This document shows, piece after piece, positions 38,961 through 51,593 of a stretch of 64,000 bases of DNA. The DNA is from Camelus dromedarius (lineage: Eukaryota), in contig NC_087437.1 of the NCBI RefSeq assembly GCF_036321535.1, forward strand, positions 62,808,001 through 62,872,000. The letters are read 5' to 3'. The notes below the pieces were generated by a model. The model searched no databases and had not been told where the DNA came from. It saw only the letters and a program-made list of their open reading frames with translations. The position numbers were made by a program, and so were the translations under genes. Numbering within the stretch: the first letter of the stretch is position 1; each line of letters begins with the position of its first letter.

Positions 38961-39169
38961 TAATGTAAGCCAGATGTATATGATTAGGAATGCATTTTAT
39001 CCACAGAAATAAGAGCATAAACAACAATTAGTTAATCAGACAAACCCATAACTCTCCTTAGGTAACAGTATAAATTAAATACCAAACATTTGCATTAAAA
39101 TAATCGACAATTATACAGCTGTGATAATATCAGTTAAATGAAATATACAAAAACAATAATGAATAAGGG

Positions 39170-39730
39170 TTATTTTTAAAGTATCTGATTGGAAAAGATA
39201 AAAAATATTGATGATGTACTAGATTGCAAGATTGGGGAAAGTGACACTCATACTCAGCTGGAGGAGTATAGATTGGTCCAATTTCTATAGGTGGTGCTCT
39301 GACAACGTCTATCAAAAATTTTAAATGCATATTCCCTTTCATGCAGTAATTCTACTTCTAGGATGTTATCCTGTTAATATACTCACAACTCATAACTGTG
39401 AGACACAAGGATGACAGTGTTGTTTGTCATGGTAAAAGACTAGAAACACCCATACACCCATCAATAGAGGACTAGTTAAATAAATTATGGTACTATGAGT
39501 AATGGAATACTGTGCAGCCATCAAAAGGATGATGTAGCTCTACACGTCCTGCTATGAAATCACCCAGGTTTGTTACATGGAAAACAGCATAAAATAATAT
39601 TTTTGCTACCAATTGTTCAAACATTTTAAAAAAGAATAAGTATGAGTTTTTATATTAAATAATATCTCTAGAAGAATACCTACATTTTGAACCATGTGTA
39701 TGTATTATTGCTTCAAAAGTTCATTTAAAA
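39170..39730 (+). mobile_element. Second old L1ME-type 3' fragment
   Basis: CCCATCAATAGAGGACTAGTTAAATAAATTATGGTAC..AATGGAATACTGTGCAGCC. Confidence 0.75.
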
Positions 39731-41844
39731 AATCTTAAATGCATGTGCTTAAGGGAAAACATGTTTAATTAGATTATTATGAGAAAGCATAGGAAAGTTT
39801 AGGTAAAAATTCTAAGGGAACTTTTGACTAGTTCCCGTCAGAGCTAACAGTCTATTGAAAAAAAAGTCTAATTCTCCATCAAAACAAAATAATTCTTTTG
39901 ATACAGATATATCAGTAGGATACAGATGTATCAGTAGCACTGCTCTTTTACAGACTGTCCATGATTAGAATAATTATTTTGGGATCAACACTGATACAAA
40001 GGAGGAGAAATAGGAAGATGAATTTCAAGGCCAAGCTCAAGTTTCACTTCTGGTGTAAATGTCTTCTCTGGTTCCCAGGCTAAGTTTGTTGTTCAAAGCG
40101 GGCATACTTCTGTTATAAAATGTAGCTTATTGTGTATGTATCTAAACCATTGATCTTTGTTGTTTTTCTGATGCCTAGCACAGCAACTGGCATAAAGGAA
40201 GTGCTAAGTACAACTGTCTCCTTCTATAAACACATGTAATATGTCTATAGCCGCCCTATTTGGTATCACATATAAGATAGTTGGGGGTGTGAACTCAGAA
40301 GACTCTGGGACAAAGACAGAGGTTGTTCTTATGTGTCTTGAATCTCCATGGTATCTTGTCATCAGTGGACACTCAATATAATTCTGTCAAATAAAAGAAT
40401 GAGTTCAGTGTACTGATATATTTGAAATAATTTTCCATTTTGCCTCTAGCTAATTTCATTCTTCTCCATTAACAGAGTTTTCTGCTTGATCAGGTGTTAG
40501 TGGTAGGGCCTCCTTAGTTACCCTCTAAATAACACAACCAATCTAGTGGTTGGGATTTTATATGCCCCTCTTAGAAGTACTGTCTTAAATTTAATGTTAG
40601 AGAACATATCCTAAAAATCATCTCTTTGAGGAGTTTTCAATAAATTTCTCATGATCACAATAAAGATTCTTAATAGCCTGTGTGTAAACAGGCATAAAAA
40701 TTGTGACCATTCCTGTTTTGGGAGGTTGTGGGGCAGCTGAGAAGAGTTAGACTCTGTATTACAGATTTCAGGTTCTACAATTTGAAGGAACCCCTTCTAA
40801 CAAACTATTCTCCACTCCTCATCCCCTTTATTATTATAACAGTTTTCCCTTTTTAAAAAAAGAACAATTTTCTTTTGATATTCCTGTTTTATGAGACAGA
40901 AATAATTTTAAAATATTTGGGGGCTATGTAGATACTTCCTAATCTTTCTCTTTGTCTAGAATGTCTACCTGCAATGAAGGTAACTTTCCCTAATCAGGAA
41001 ATCTGCTGACTGCAACTATAGCCCAAAGGTGACAGCGGTGGGAAATCAAACTTCTGGTTTGAAGTGGTCATGAATCAGGAAATTAAAAACTGGGGGACTA
41101 CCTTCAAGATATCTCAAATGATCTTTTTTAAAAGAATTGCTGTGTTCTTTTAAAATAAAAACTTACTTCTGTTTTTTTGGACATTTCTGTAACTGCAAGT
41201 AGAGACATCCGAAAAAAAAAAAAAAAAACCACCAGAAGCAAGTTCCAGTGCATTCTAAAGCCCTCAAAATTGAGCATATTTAGGTTCACATCAGCACAAA
41301 AGAGAAAGGTCTAAGCAGGTCACAGAGGCACTTTGTCTATTTGCTCACTGCCATATCCTCTGTGTTTAAATAGTGTCTGCCACACATAGGGGCTCAATGA
41401 AGGGCTGATAGATTAATCAACGAGATAAAAGGTAACATACATCAAAATCACAAGGAAAAGAAAAGATAATGAATTTTTAATATCCTCTAGTGCTCACTAA
41501 GTCAGACTATTGTCCATGTGTAAGTGAGTAACAGCAAAGAGTAAGTGAAACAATTTTTAAACCCCGTTCCTGCAGCTGAAGGGAGACAGGACCAGCTAGC
41601 AGGAGACAGGAGATGAACAGAAAGATACAGCCTGTTTGTTTTTTCTCTTCAGTACATCATAAAGTTCGAGAGGAGTATAAGCCCTTGCAGATAGTGCAGA
41701 GAGCAATGCATATGGGAGCATCCAGTGAGCATCCCAGAGCCAGCGTCGCAGGGGCCACGCAGATTAGAGCGGTAACTCCTGAACTTCTAATTAGTGTATA
41801 TACATCTCTCTGCAATCAGCAATTTCAAACAGAACCAATTACAG

Positions 41845-41846
<2 letters not shown>

Positions 41847-41903
<57 letters not shown>

Positions 41904-41926
41904 ATAATAATAATAATAATAATAAT
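41847..41926. repeat. Compound trinucleotide repeat (CTA)19(ATA)7
   Basis: Directly visible. Produces the poly-Leu/Ile run in ORF 41613..42002. Confidence 0.95.
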
Positions 41927-44900
41927 GACAGTAGATGAACATTCTGAACTTGGAAGACTCAGCCCTAAGCCCTCACACCTGGGGAGGCTGGAAACTGACT
42001 GACAGCTCTGAAACACAGCTAGGACCAGACCTGCATGGAACATGGTGGCAGATGAATGGAAAGACTGATTAGCAGAGGGAAGGGTCTGGTTAAAACTAGG
42101 GAGTGGATAGGAAAAACTATCAGGGGAGAGGCAGGCTGCTCTACTTGGTGGACGTTTGCTACTTGGTGCCCTGGGGAGAGACTCTCAGCCAAAAATCACA
42201 TCCTCACTGTTGCTTCTAGTGGGAGGCGGCCCCGGAGGACATGCAAACTCATTTCTCTTGACAAGGTCCTGCTTTCTGGCAACAGGATCACATCGTCTCA
42301 CCCCAATGCCACAAATCCTTAGGTCTACCCATCCCCGTCACGTGGCTACCAACTACACTGGTCACAGCAGACAGGTGGGCAGCGGCCATTGGCAGTGAGG
42401 ACGTGACACTAAGCTTCCTGGCAGGTAAAGCCCAAACGAGCATTTTCAATCTAAGGTCAAGATCAAGAAATAGGGTAATATTTATCCACTTGTCTGTCAG
42501 ACAGGCTTTTCCCAAGACTCCTGTTATGGCCACAGAAAATATACGTCACATTTTACAGCACAGCTGCATGGGTGAAGGCAGTCCCAGGGAAAGCAGGGCC
42601 ACCACTTCAAATTCACCTTCACCAGCCCCACCGGCTCTGGTCTTACTGCTTGGGTGCTAGACGTTCATTTCCAGTAACACTTCTGCTTGAAACTTCTAAG
42701 AGTTAATTTTCACCTCCGCCAGCAGAGCTTACCTCCAGATACCCTAACTCCTGGTGGCACTTCTAGTCACTGAGGAGCACAACTTTTAAATAATAGTTCC
42801 CACAGCCCATTTCCCCTTACCATTAGCTTTAATAAGGCAGACTCAGTCAGCCTGTTCTGCACTAAAATAACTTTTCAGTTTACACAGAAGGAGAAAAGAG
42901 TAAGTGATATGCCAAGAGGTCTGTGCAGAATACCAAGTAAAACCCTCGCCCTGAGAGCTGCCGCTTCTCTGCCTACAGTCTCCACGCTTGCCCCCCCCCA
43001 TGCCATCTCCCCAGCTGTCCGTCCGTCCGTCTTGTCTCGTGCCCCTTCTCCCCAGCAGGCAGTGTACTCACTTGGGTCTTGTTTGCCTTGGACTGTCGCC
43101 AGCTAATCCACTTTAACATCTTGGTTTAATCTCAAATTTGCTTTCTCCTTCCACCCAAATTTTTAAAAGTAGAACTGAAATTTGTGCTGGGTTGTGGCAG
43201 GGCTGAGCTGATTCTGGAGACTCACTGTTCCCAGGCAGCTTGGAGGCAGGGATCAGCCTTGCTACCGGTGCTCACTGCCAAGCTTTCAGAACCCAACCGG
43301 GAATTTGCCTTGAAAGGGTTGAAGACTGTCTGGGACAGAATCACACTCCCGCCAAGGCCACCAGATGAGTCACAAGTACTTGGTATCAAAGAGTCTGTGA
43401 TAGGCATTAACAGTCAAGAAGTTCTCTTTCCCTTTTGCTACACGCCAGCCCCAGAGACAGCGGACTGGCCTACAGAACCACTCTGTGACTTACTTTGGGT
43501 TGTTGGGATTTGCTGGGGCCAGTGCAGGGTGGTGTAGAGGCAGCTGGAGAAGAAGCCAGGAACAAGAGTGTTTGCTTTTTGCTACAAAGTTCTAGAAGTT
43601 GAACTATTGGGGTTACTACAAAAGTATTATGTTTTAAATCCAATTTAACAGGCAGGAGAGTGACTTGGGTTTGAGCCTTAGGTCTGCCATGAACTGGCTC
43701 TGTGATGCCGAACACAGTCCCTGTTTCCTTTAAACAGGAAGAAGGCAGAGGGCTAGAGGATCTCTCAGGTTCTGTTCTTCCCTGAGCTTCTGTGTTTCCA
43801 AATTCCAAACTCACCCCGAGTTAAATCTGGCCTCCGGCCACCCTGCAGTTATCACACAGAGATCTAATCTCCTGGCAAGTCACCTTTTGCAAATTCCTTA
43901 TCTCTGGAACAGATACTTGCACAACGCTGCCACCAGAAACAAAGAGATTTTGTGCAGGCGCAGTGTCCCGCGCTCTGCCTGCGTGCAGCAAGCTGCTCAC
44001 CAGCTGCTATGCTTTATGAAGCTTATTTGCTTTTTCAGATGATTGGTAACTTTAAAGGTGGGTCTCCGGAGGGAGGATTTCAAGCTCTGGAGTGAGTATA
44101 AGTCAAGTATTAAGTAAAACAATGCTGTTGTGAGAGATTTTGCCCTGTGAACCTCAGTCATATTTTTCAGCAAAGTGTCTTTCCTACTGTTGGGTTGTAT
44201 GCAAGGCTGGAAGCCAGTCATTTATTTGAGCAACTTTTCATTTAGAGGAAAACCTGCGACCTCAACTTCTTGCACTTTAAAGATTTGTTCTGAAAAGCCA
44301 ACATGTTTGTCCTGTGCGGAACGCTGCTCAGGAGAGGATGGAGTTGGGCTTCTGGGGAGGTGACAGAGCAGCCTCGACAGGAGCTTTGTGTCCCAAGGAT
44401 CCGGGAATCCTCTGCTTTTCACTGCTCACTGCTGCCACCACTCCCTCCACCCCGCCCACCACAGATCAGTGTAACAAAGTAACACTAGGAAAAATGGTTA
44501 TTTTCAGACCCAGTCCTGGACTTGGATTATTCAGAAAATGAAAAAAAAAATCACAATTTGAACTTAAAACTTAAAGTGCCATTTTCCCTACTTTGGGGTG
44601 ACTACCAAGTCCTTGACAAAATCATAATGCCTCTACCTAGGGTTCAGACAACAAATCTAACCCACTCTACCACCAGGTGTGGGTAAGATGAGACTGAGTC
44701 TCGGGATAACAGTTTATGAAGTCCAAGTTGAGGTATCAGATATATCCGCTCCAAACCCCGGGAACAAGGAGTACAATTATACACTCTTTATAGGTATTTA
44801 TTAAGGGTTAGAAAGTATCCTGTTACTAGATGGGCGGCAACATAAACCTCTTCCTCTAAAGAAGTATTTTAGGGCCCTGAGACAACGGGCAGAGTGACAC

Positions 44901-45479
44901 AAGTGCTCAGGACTCCCTCCTGGAGACCTGTCACACTTCCACCCAGCTTTTAACACAGTGCCTTTAATGGGCTGGATCTCCAGCGGGAGGTTCACCTGCT
45001 CAGGCACCCCAGCTGAATGCAACACGCGGTCACCTTGTTCTGGAGACTCAACTGTGGGTGGACCACCTTGATGGTTTTTAAGAATTTGTTGAGTGAAAAA
45101 TACCCTGGGTGAGGATTTTTATTAGTCCTGACACTGTTAAGACTCCACATTTCCAGATGTTTGGTTTTATCCTCAGTGACAGTACCCAGTGACCTGTGGG
45201 CCCTTAAAACTCCAGGGAGCATGTTGTCCATTTTCTCGCATGGGAATGGCCTGCAGTCACCTGGACAGCAACCTACCCACCGCCTGTCTCCTCTACTCCA
45301 CATACTCTTTCATACAGGATCTTGCCTAATCCTTCAAAACCCGGGGAGCAGAAATCATTGCCTTCACTGGACAGACTAGGAGGCTGAGGCATGAAATAAT
45401 TAAATGACCTACTCAAGGTCCTGCAGCTGGTAAACAACCAGGGACTGAATCCATGCCTGATTCCCAAACCCACCTCCTC

Positions 45480-45795
45480 CCTCCCTACAGGGAACGCCTT
45501 TGCACCCCTCAGATCCTCTTTCCCACCAGGGCTCTTGTGCATGGTGGCTGCTAACAGCTCACAGATGACAGAAAAGGCTAGCCCCCTCGCCTCAAGGCGG
45601 GGCAAATGCTGGGTGCAACGCCTGCGCCAGCCCCAGGAGGGATCAGACTGAGACTCCAGCTGAAACCACGTGTGTATTTGCCTTAGCTCCTTCTACACCG
45701 GGCCCTGCCCCTTTTCCTGCAGGCACACCCCCAATAAATCACACACACAGGAACCTCAGTCACAGATTCTGCTTTTAGGGGATTGGATCCAGGAT
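45480..45795 (+). mobile_element. ERVL solo LTR fragment (LTR16-like)
   Basis: CCCCAATAAATCAC..CAGATTCTGCTTTTAGGGGA 3' signature. Confidence 0.6.
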
Positions 45796-47989
45796 GCTCT
45801 CCTTCCTCCCAAAAGAAGCCCTATCTCCAACCCTACTCTCTGGAGGGTTTTTCTATTTATGAGCCCATTTAAATGAAGAGATTCTACTTTTCCCCACTGG
45901 TCCTCTGCCCCCCTATTAACCCTAATCCCGACAAGGGAATTAATTTCTTACATCTAATTCACGTTCTTCCAGTTGCAGGATTAGCCTACTTTTTCTTACA
46001 AGAAAAACCTAGGAGTCGTCTTTTATTTCTGGTGCTATTAGCAGAAGACCAGGGATGCCATCCTTTCTCTTTCTGTTTATTTACCTTTAATCTCTATAAG
46101 AAAGTAAGCCACAGAATGGCAGGGCCTTGCTTCATTCATTCCTGTACTCTCAGCACAGAGAGCAGCACCTGCTGCTGGCCCTTAACACAGAATATGAGTG
46201 AAGAGAGATGGAATAGGCCAATGCAGGGGCTATGCCCTCACTAACATACTAGTGCAGGGGCTGGATCCCCACCAAAGTAGCAGTGCGTGGGCTGTGCCCT
46301 CACCAATGCATTGTGCAGCAGCTGGACCCACTCTGACTATAGCCCTTGCAGCCGGTGACCTGCTTTGTGCTCCCAGAGTGCATGTGTCAGGATTACTAGG
46401 TTCTGAGAAACCAGGTGAGGCTCAATGGCAATCTATTCCCAGAAGGCTTCTGCAGCCAGGCTGCCTTGCCCCTTGTTATAGGCATCATGTTACTGCAGTG
46501 AGTGACCTTGTACGAACCTTTTGACCTTCCCTTTAGGTGGGTCTTCACCATCTCTAAACCAAGCGTTTCTTCCCAAATGGTAAAACAAAATTTTGGTCAT
46601 GACCCATTACATTGACTTGATAGTTCAGAGTTTAAAAACTATACAGTTAGATCCTGAATCTCCAGGCTTCTCCAGGCATTTCCCTGTTACAATCAGCACA
46701 TTGCCATTATCAGCCTAGCTTGTATCTTAGATCAGATCTGCTTGTTTTTGAAACCCCGCATTCAAATCAGCCCTGGGATGTTTCCACAGTGTGCTTTCCC
46801 TTACAGTTTTTGCATAGAATAGCACTCGCAACTCAATTTCACTTCAGTCCCCTGCCTCCAGCCTGCCTGGACATGTCTAGAAAGTCATAGTGTATTTTGA
46901 ATGGAGACCACCCTGCTGGAGGGGTTTGTAATGTTCAATTCAGTAAGCGTTTATTGAGCGTCTCTGGCATGCCTAGACTCAATGGCAAATCCATGCGTAG
47001 GGACTGTCAATGCCCAGATGGCTGCTCCTGTACCACTAGCTGGTAATTATTCAGCAGAATAATTCATGTTCAACAACAAGACACTTCTTTACTGCCACCT
47101 CGTTACTCAGCCTTGCTTGACTAGAATTCTATAATTCTGGATTTCTTTGAAGTGTGGTTGCAAAGCTCCATCACTTAATACATGGAGGAGCAAAAGAGAG
47201 GAATGCCCAGAGTAGCATGAGCATATTCGGGACAGAGTAGGAAGGGGCTCAGACCCAGATCTCTATGGAACAAAGTAAGCATGTCCATTTGCCCTCAGGG
47301 AAGTGACACCTTTACATGGGACAGGTGTAAGGTAGAACCTAATTATGCAGACCCATTTGAGAGGTGAACAAAAGCAACTCTGGGGAAAACCACTCATGCC
47401 ATTTGCTGAGGCACCCATGTTGGCTTCATCAATGTTTAGTGCAGAATTAAGAATATTAGTCTGATTCTTCATCACGGAAAAATTTAAAACAAGCAACCTT
47501 AGCTCCTCTGTTATAGAGAAAAGTGGTGGACTTCCCTTTCCTAGAAAGAAGAGTCAGACGAGGAGGGTTCCAAGTTTCAAAACCTGGATGAGAAGTGAGA
47601 AGGGGCCAAGCATTGGTCTTCTGTCCTCAATCTTGTCTTTTTAGCAAGAAGAATTTGGATGAAGCCACAGAAGGTATATTTAGCTAATAATCCTGGGAAT
47701 TGGAGCTTACATACTGGACAGAATAATAATTTATATTCAAAACATGGTGGAATATTAGGCTGGACCTAAACAAGAGAAAATCTAATAGATAAAAAGTAGT
47801 CTGACAGCCAGGTTACTAAAACACCTACCCAGCTAAGGATCGTCCATGAAAACAGGCAAGGAGCTGTTACGAGCCAGCACTGTGCACTACTACATAAGGT
47901 GTACCATCTTAGGGAGGGGAGCAGGCACGGTAGCTCTAGAACAAGGACCTGAATTTGCATTGGTTGGGTCACTCCTGCAGTACCATACG

Positions 47990-48230
47990 ACATTCTGGAT
48001 GCCCCATTTCATATAGATCATTACACACTAGAGTAAACCAGAGGACAGCAACCAGGATATGAAAATATACTAATACACAGAATAGCTGGAGAAACTGAGG
48101 ACTTCTAAACAAAGAAAATTAAAAGACAAGACCGCCGTCTTCAATTATCTAAAGCCTTAGAGGTTACTTACCACGGGCCAAAGGTGATACAATTTGAGGA
48201 CCAGAATGAAAGCTGACAGGAGTGGATCAT
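47990..48230 (+). mobile_element. CR1/L3 LINE relic
   Basis: CCAGAGGACAGCAACCAGGAT..GCCGTCTTCAATTATCTAAAG resembles the L3 ORF2 3' region. Confidence 0.5.
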
Positions 48231-49824
48231 AACCCCATTAGATAATAAAATAAGCCATGAGCCAATGCTAACAACAAATACCCATTCCTTAGAGTCGAAG
48301 GGCTAACAAATGGAAAGAGAAGTAACGTTGTTCAATCTACAGACCAATAAATGGAAGCCACATCCCCTTAGGTCTAACATAGAAAAATCCACTGAAAATT
48401 AATGAACCCTGAACCTAGAGGGCAGAACTCTACTCAAGAACTTCCAAAGATCCCCAGTCTTCTAAATAGTTGTGCACTCTTATTTATACTATCTAAATTT
48501 CCATTTCCCCTCTAATAAGGGTGGGAATTAACCTTTAGTTAATGTCTAACAGGTACCAGGTAAATACATTTTACTTGATCTTCCCAGTGACTCAGTGAGA
48601 TGGATATGACCTTCATTGTACAGAGAGGGAAGTTAAGGTGCAGGAACTCATGCCACATGACACAGACAGTGAGTACCAGAGCTGGAATTTAGACCCACCT
48701 CCTTCCATCCCACCACAGCACACAAAGAACATCCCAGGTGATTGCAGAGGTGCCTTGGGGCCCCACAGCTCCTCAAGGCCATTGTCATGGCCCTTTAATG
48801 GTTACAGTTTCCTCATCTACCCAGCCCAGCAGGGCCACTCTTCTCACTCCTCTGGATTAGAAGAAGACTGAGGCCCTTTCTAGAAACTCACTGTTAAAAT
48901 GCCCCAGACCCCTGTGAGATGTCCCTGCCCCATCCCCTCCCCACAGCCACCCTGTCTGCCCTTCTGTTGAATATGGTTCAGCCTACCTGAATCCATCCAC
49001 TTTCTTTTTCTCTTCTTCAGAGTCTGTTCACCTGACCACTTGGAAACCAACAGAGACCCAGTTTCCTGGTCTTCCAGTGTAGTTAGAGGGAAATCTAACA
49101 CTGTTGGTAACATCTATGGATTCAAAGATACCAATGAATGGTTTCTCTGATGAAGGAGCGTGCAGGTCAGGGGCACACACGGCTGTCCTGATCTCATTAC
49201 AGCGCAGGGTCATAGACAGGCCCTCCCTTTATCTGACGATTTCTAAGCGATTTTCCAGCTTTCGTGTCGGAACACAGAATCTCTCCTCATCTCCCAACCT
49301 GCTGCCCATGTTTCCCAAGGCCTGAGAAGATAGTTGGGGGTCAATGTTCCCAGCAGGCCAGGCTCTCCAGCTGACCGAAGCTTTCTGCATGGGGGAAAGG
49401 GAATTTCCAGGCTTTTTTAGCATGTTTAAAAATACCATGTTTGTATGTTTGGCTGCTTTCAGACCACTTCCTCTTAATGCTGGAGTTCCCTGAGGTCAGT
49501 TCACTCATTCCACAGTATTCCAGAGCACCTGTGTGTGCTATGTGCCAAAGGTACACCAATGAAACAGACAGACACAACCTGTGCCCTCATCAGGGCGTTA
49601 AGAGTCTGGCTATGGAGACACACATGAAACGAAAATCACACAAATGAGGATTTACACTCAACAGAGAGCCCACATCTCTCTACAGTACCCAGCACAGAGC
49701 TCGCCACATGGTGGGTGCTTTTTCACGAATACGTAACCGATGTTTGTGTGGACCCTGCAGAAGGACTGGCCAGCTGAGTCCGTCTTAGCATCGGGAGCTC
49801 CACACTCTGACTTTTAGAGCGAGG

Positions 49825-49950
49825 GAAAAACATGACAGTGAATCAGGAAGACCTGGGTTCTAGCTCCTGTTTTTTCCACTATTAGAATTTTCTTGGGCAA
49901 GTCACTCAGTCTTTCTGGGCCTCAGTTTCCTTACTTGTAGAATAATGCAT
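49825..49950 (+). mobile_element. MIR SINE
   Basis: AGACCTGGGTTCTAG..TTGGGCAAGTCACT..GGGCCTCAGTTTCCT. Confidence 0.75.
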
Positions 49951-51490
49951 AAGGACCAGGGTTCCTCCTTAACAATGAAATGCCTGCTGTTAGAGGCGTT
50001 CTACCCTGGCCTCCCTCCCCTTGTCAGAAGACGAGGAATGGCTGGAGCTGAGGGCTTCCTAAGACAACTGTCCCTCGCAGAGCTGTCTGTCTAAGTCAGG
50101 GCGGTGGCAAAGACGGAGAAGCAGCTGGAAGGGATGAACCCCCCGAGCACAGAACTAACAGGCTATGTCTGAACATGGGAGACACTGCACTTCACTAACC
50201 ACCGACCGTTTAAAAAGAAACACTTCCGTTCATAGGGTACTCTAGGTTATTTTTCTAAACAACAGATCCAAAGAGAAAGGAAAGTACAGAAATAGTTTTC
50301 CTTGTATGTTTTTACAAGTGGAAAAAAACTAATTTTCCATCCACTTGGATAGTCAGTCGAAAATGGCTTAGAAACTTGAAGGCAGCAGGTCAGACAGAAT
50401 GAATTACCTTGAGCATCCTAGTCTAGAATGTGATTTAGCACTGTGATCTTAGGAGGTTTGGGGACAAGGTCTTTTTTTTTCCCCAGTAAGAAAAAAAAAT
50501 GAGGAAAAATCCTAATGAATACAGTTTATTTTTTAATAATGCCCATAATTTAGAAAACTAAAATGAAGCAAGGATACAGCCTGTTGCCTGGGGCTGAAGG
50601 ACTAATGCCAAAATACTAGGTCTAGATAAACTAGGGCTAAATCGTCTTTGAAAATCCACTTTTATTAATGAAATCATTAGGATGCAGCCAAAGGTCACCT
50701 CATACCCTTCCAACCCTGAGGGAAGCAAATGAGATTAGGGTCGGAGACAGAATCTTCCGCTGTCCCTGCTGCACATTCAGACCGCTGGAGCCCTCCCCTT
50801 GCTTGAGCAAATACACTGAGTCTTGGCTAGTTTCCTTTCTTTCGACCCATCAGAGCTCCTAACTTTCGCTTACTTGCTCCAAAATGTAAGAGAGCAAGTG
50901 ACCAGGTTTTCTCACGAGACTACTACACCCCTCTACACTGCTTCAAACACCACTTCCAGGTCCTTTCCCCCTTGGAAATGGAGCCACAATTCTCCGGCCA
51001 GAGGGAGGCATCATTTCCACGGGACCCCTTCAGATAGGCAGCCCCTTCCAATCAGCATCTCTGCGGCCATTTCCCACATCACTGCTTTTGGTCTAACTTT
51101 GAGATGAGCCAATCACAGCCACTAAAGTCTCAGGAAACTATCTCAGACTTCGCTCCCTGAGTTCTAGCCTCCCAGAAGACAGAGCAGCCCCGGTGCGGCA
51201 TCTCAGGAGAGAGGAGACCCAGACTCACTCTTCACCTGCACCGATTCTGCTCAACTGTCACAACGTGAGAGGTCTGGCCGGCTGCCTCAGTCTTCTGTCC
51301 CCTCAGACAAGATCTCCATACCATGACATACCTCCTCCAGCCCTGCTCTTTCCCTTTGGCCAGCACAGAGAGACCCCTGGCTCCTGAGGTCAGGCTCCAC
51401 CGTGAGAGAAACTCCTCGGGGGGTAACTCTCCAGGGGCGGTTAAGCCAACAAGAAGTCTTGCGGGGAGGAAGGTTGGGGCACTGTCCTAC

Positions 51491-51593
51491 CTTGTCACTG
51501 TCCACTGTGTTCTGAGAGGTCCTAGAGGCAATGGAGATGGTGTCTGGCTGGCTGCTTCCATCCCCCTGGCTGTCAACATCCTCCACTCCATCC
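51491..51593 (-). CDS. KALRN: Kalirin coding exon, post-PH linker (R-DGVEDVDSQGDGSSQPDTISIASRTSQNTVDSDK); last exon shared by Kal7 and the longer isoforms
   Basis: 103 nt, phase 2/0. Acceptor ttcttcctgcag|G, donor AAG|gtagga. Contained in ORF 51287..51661. Confidence 0.97.

Noticed and set aside
41613..42043. Poly-Leu/Ile 'transmembrane' and poly-Ser ORFs
   Set aside because: Artefact of the (CTA)n(ATA)n microsatellite.
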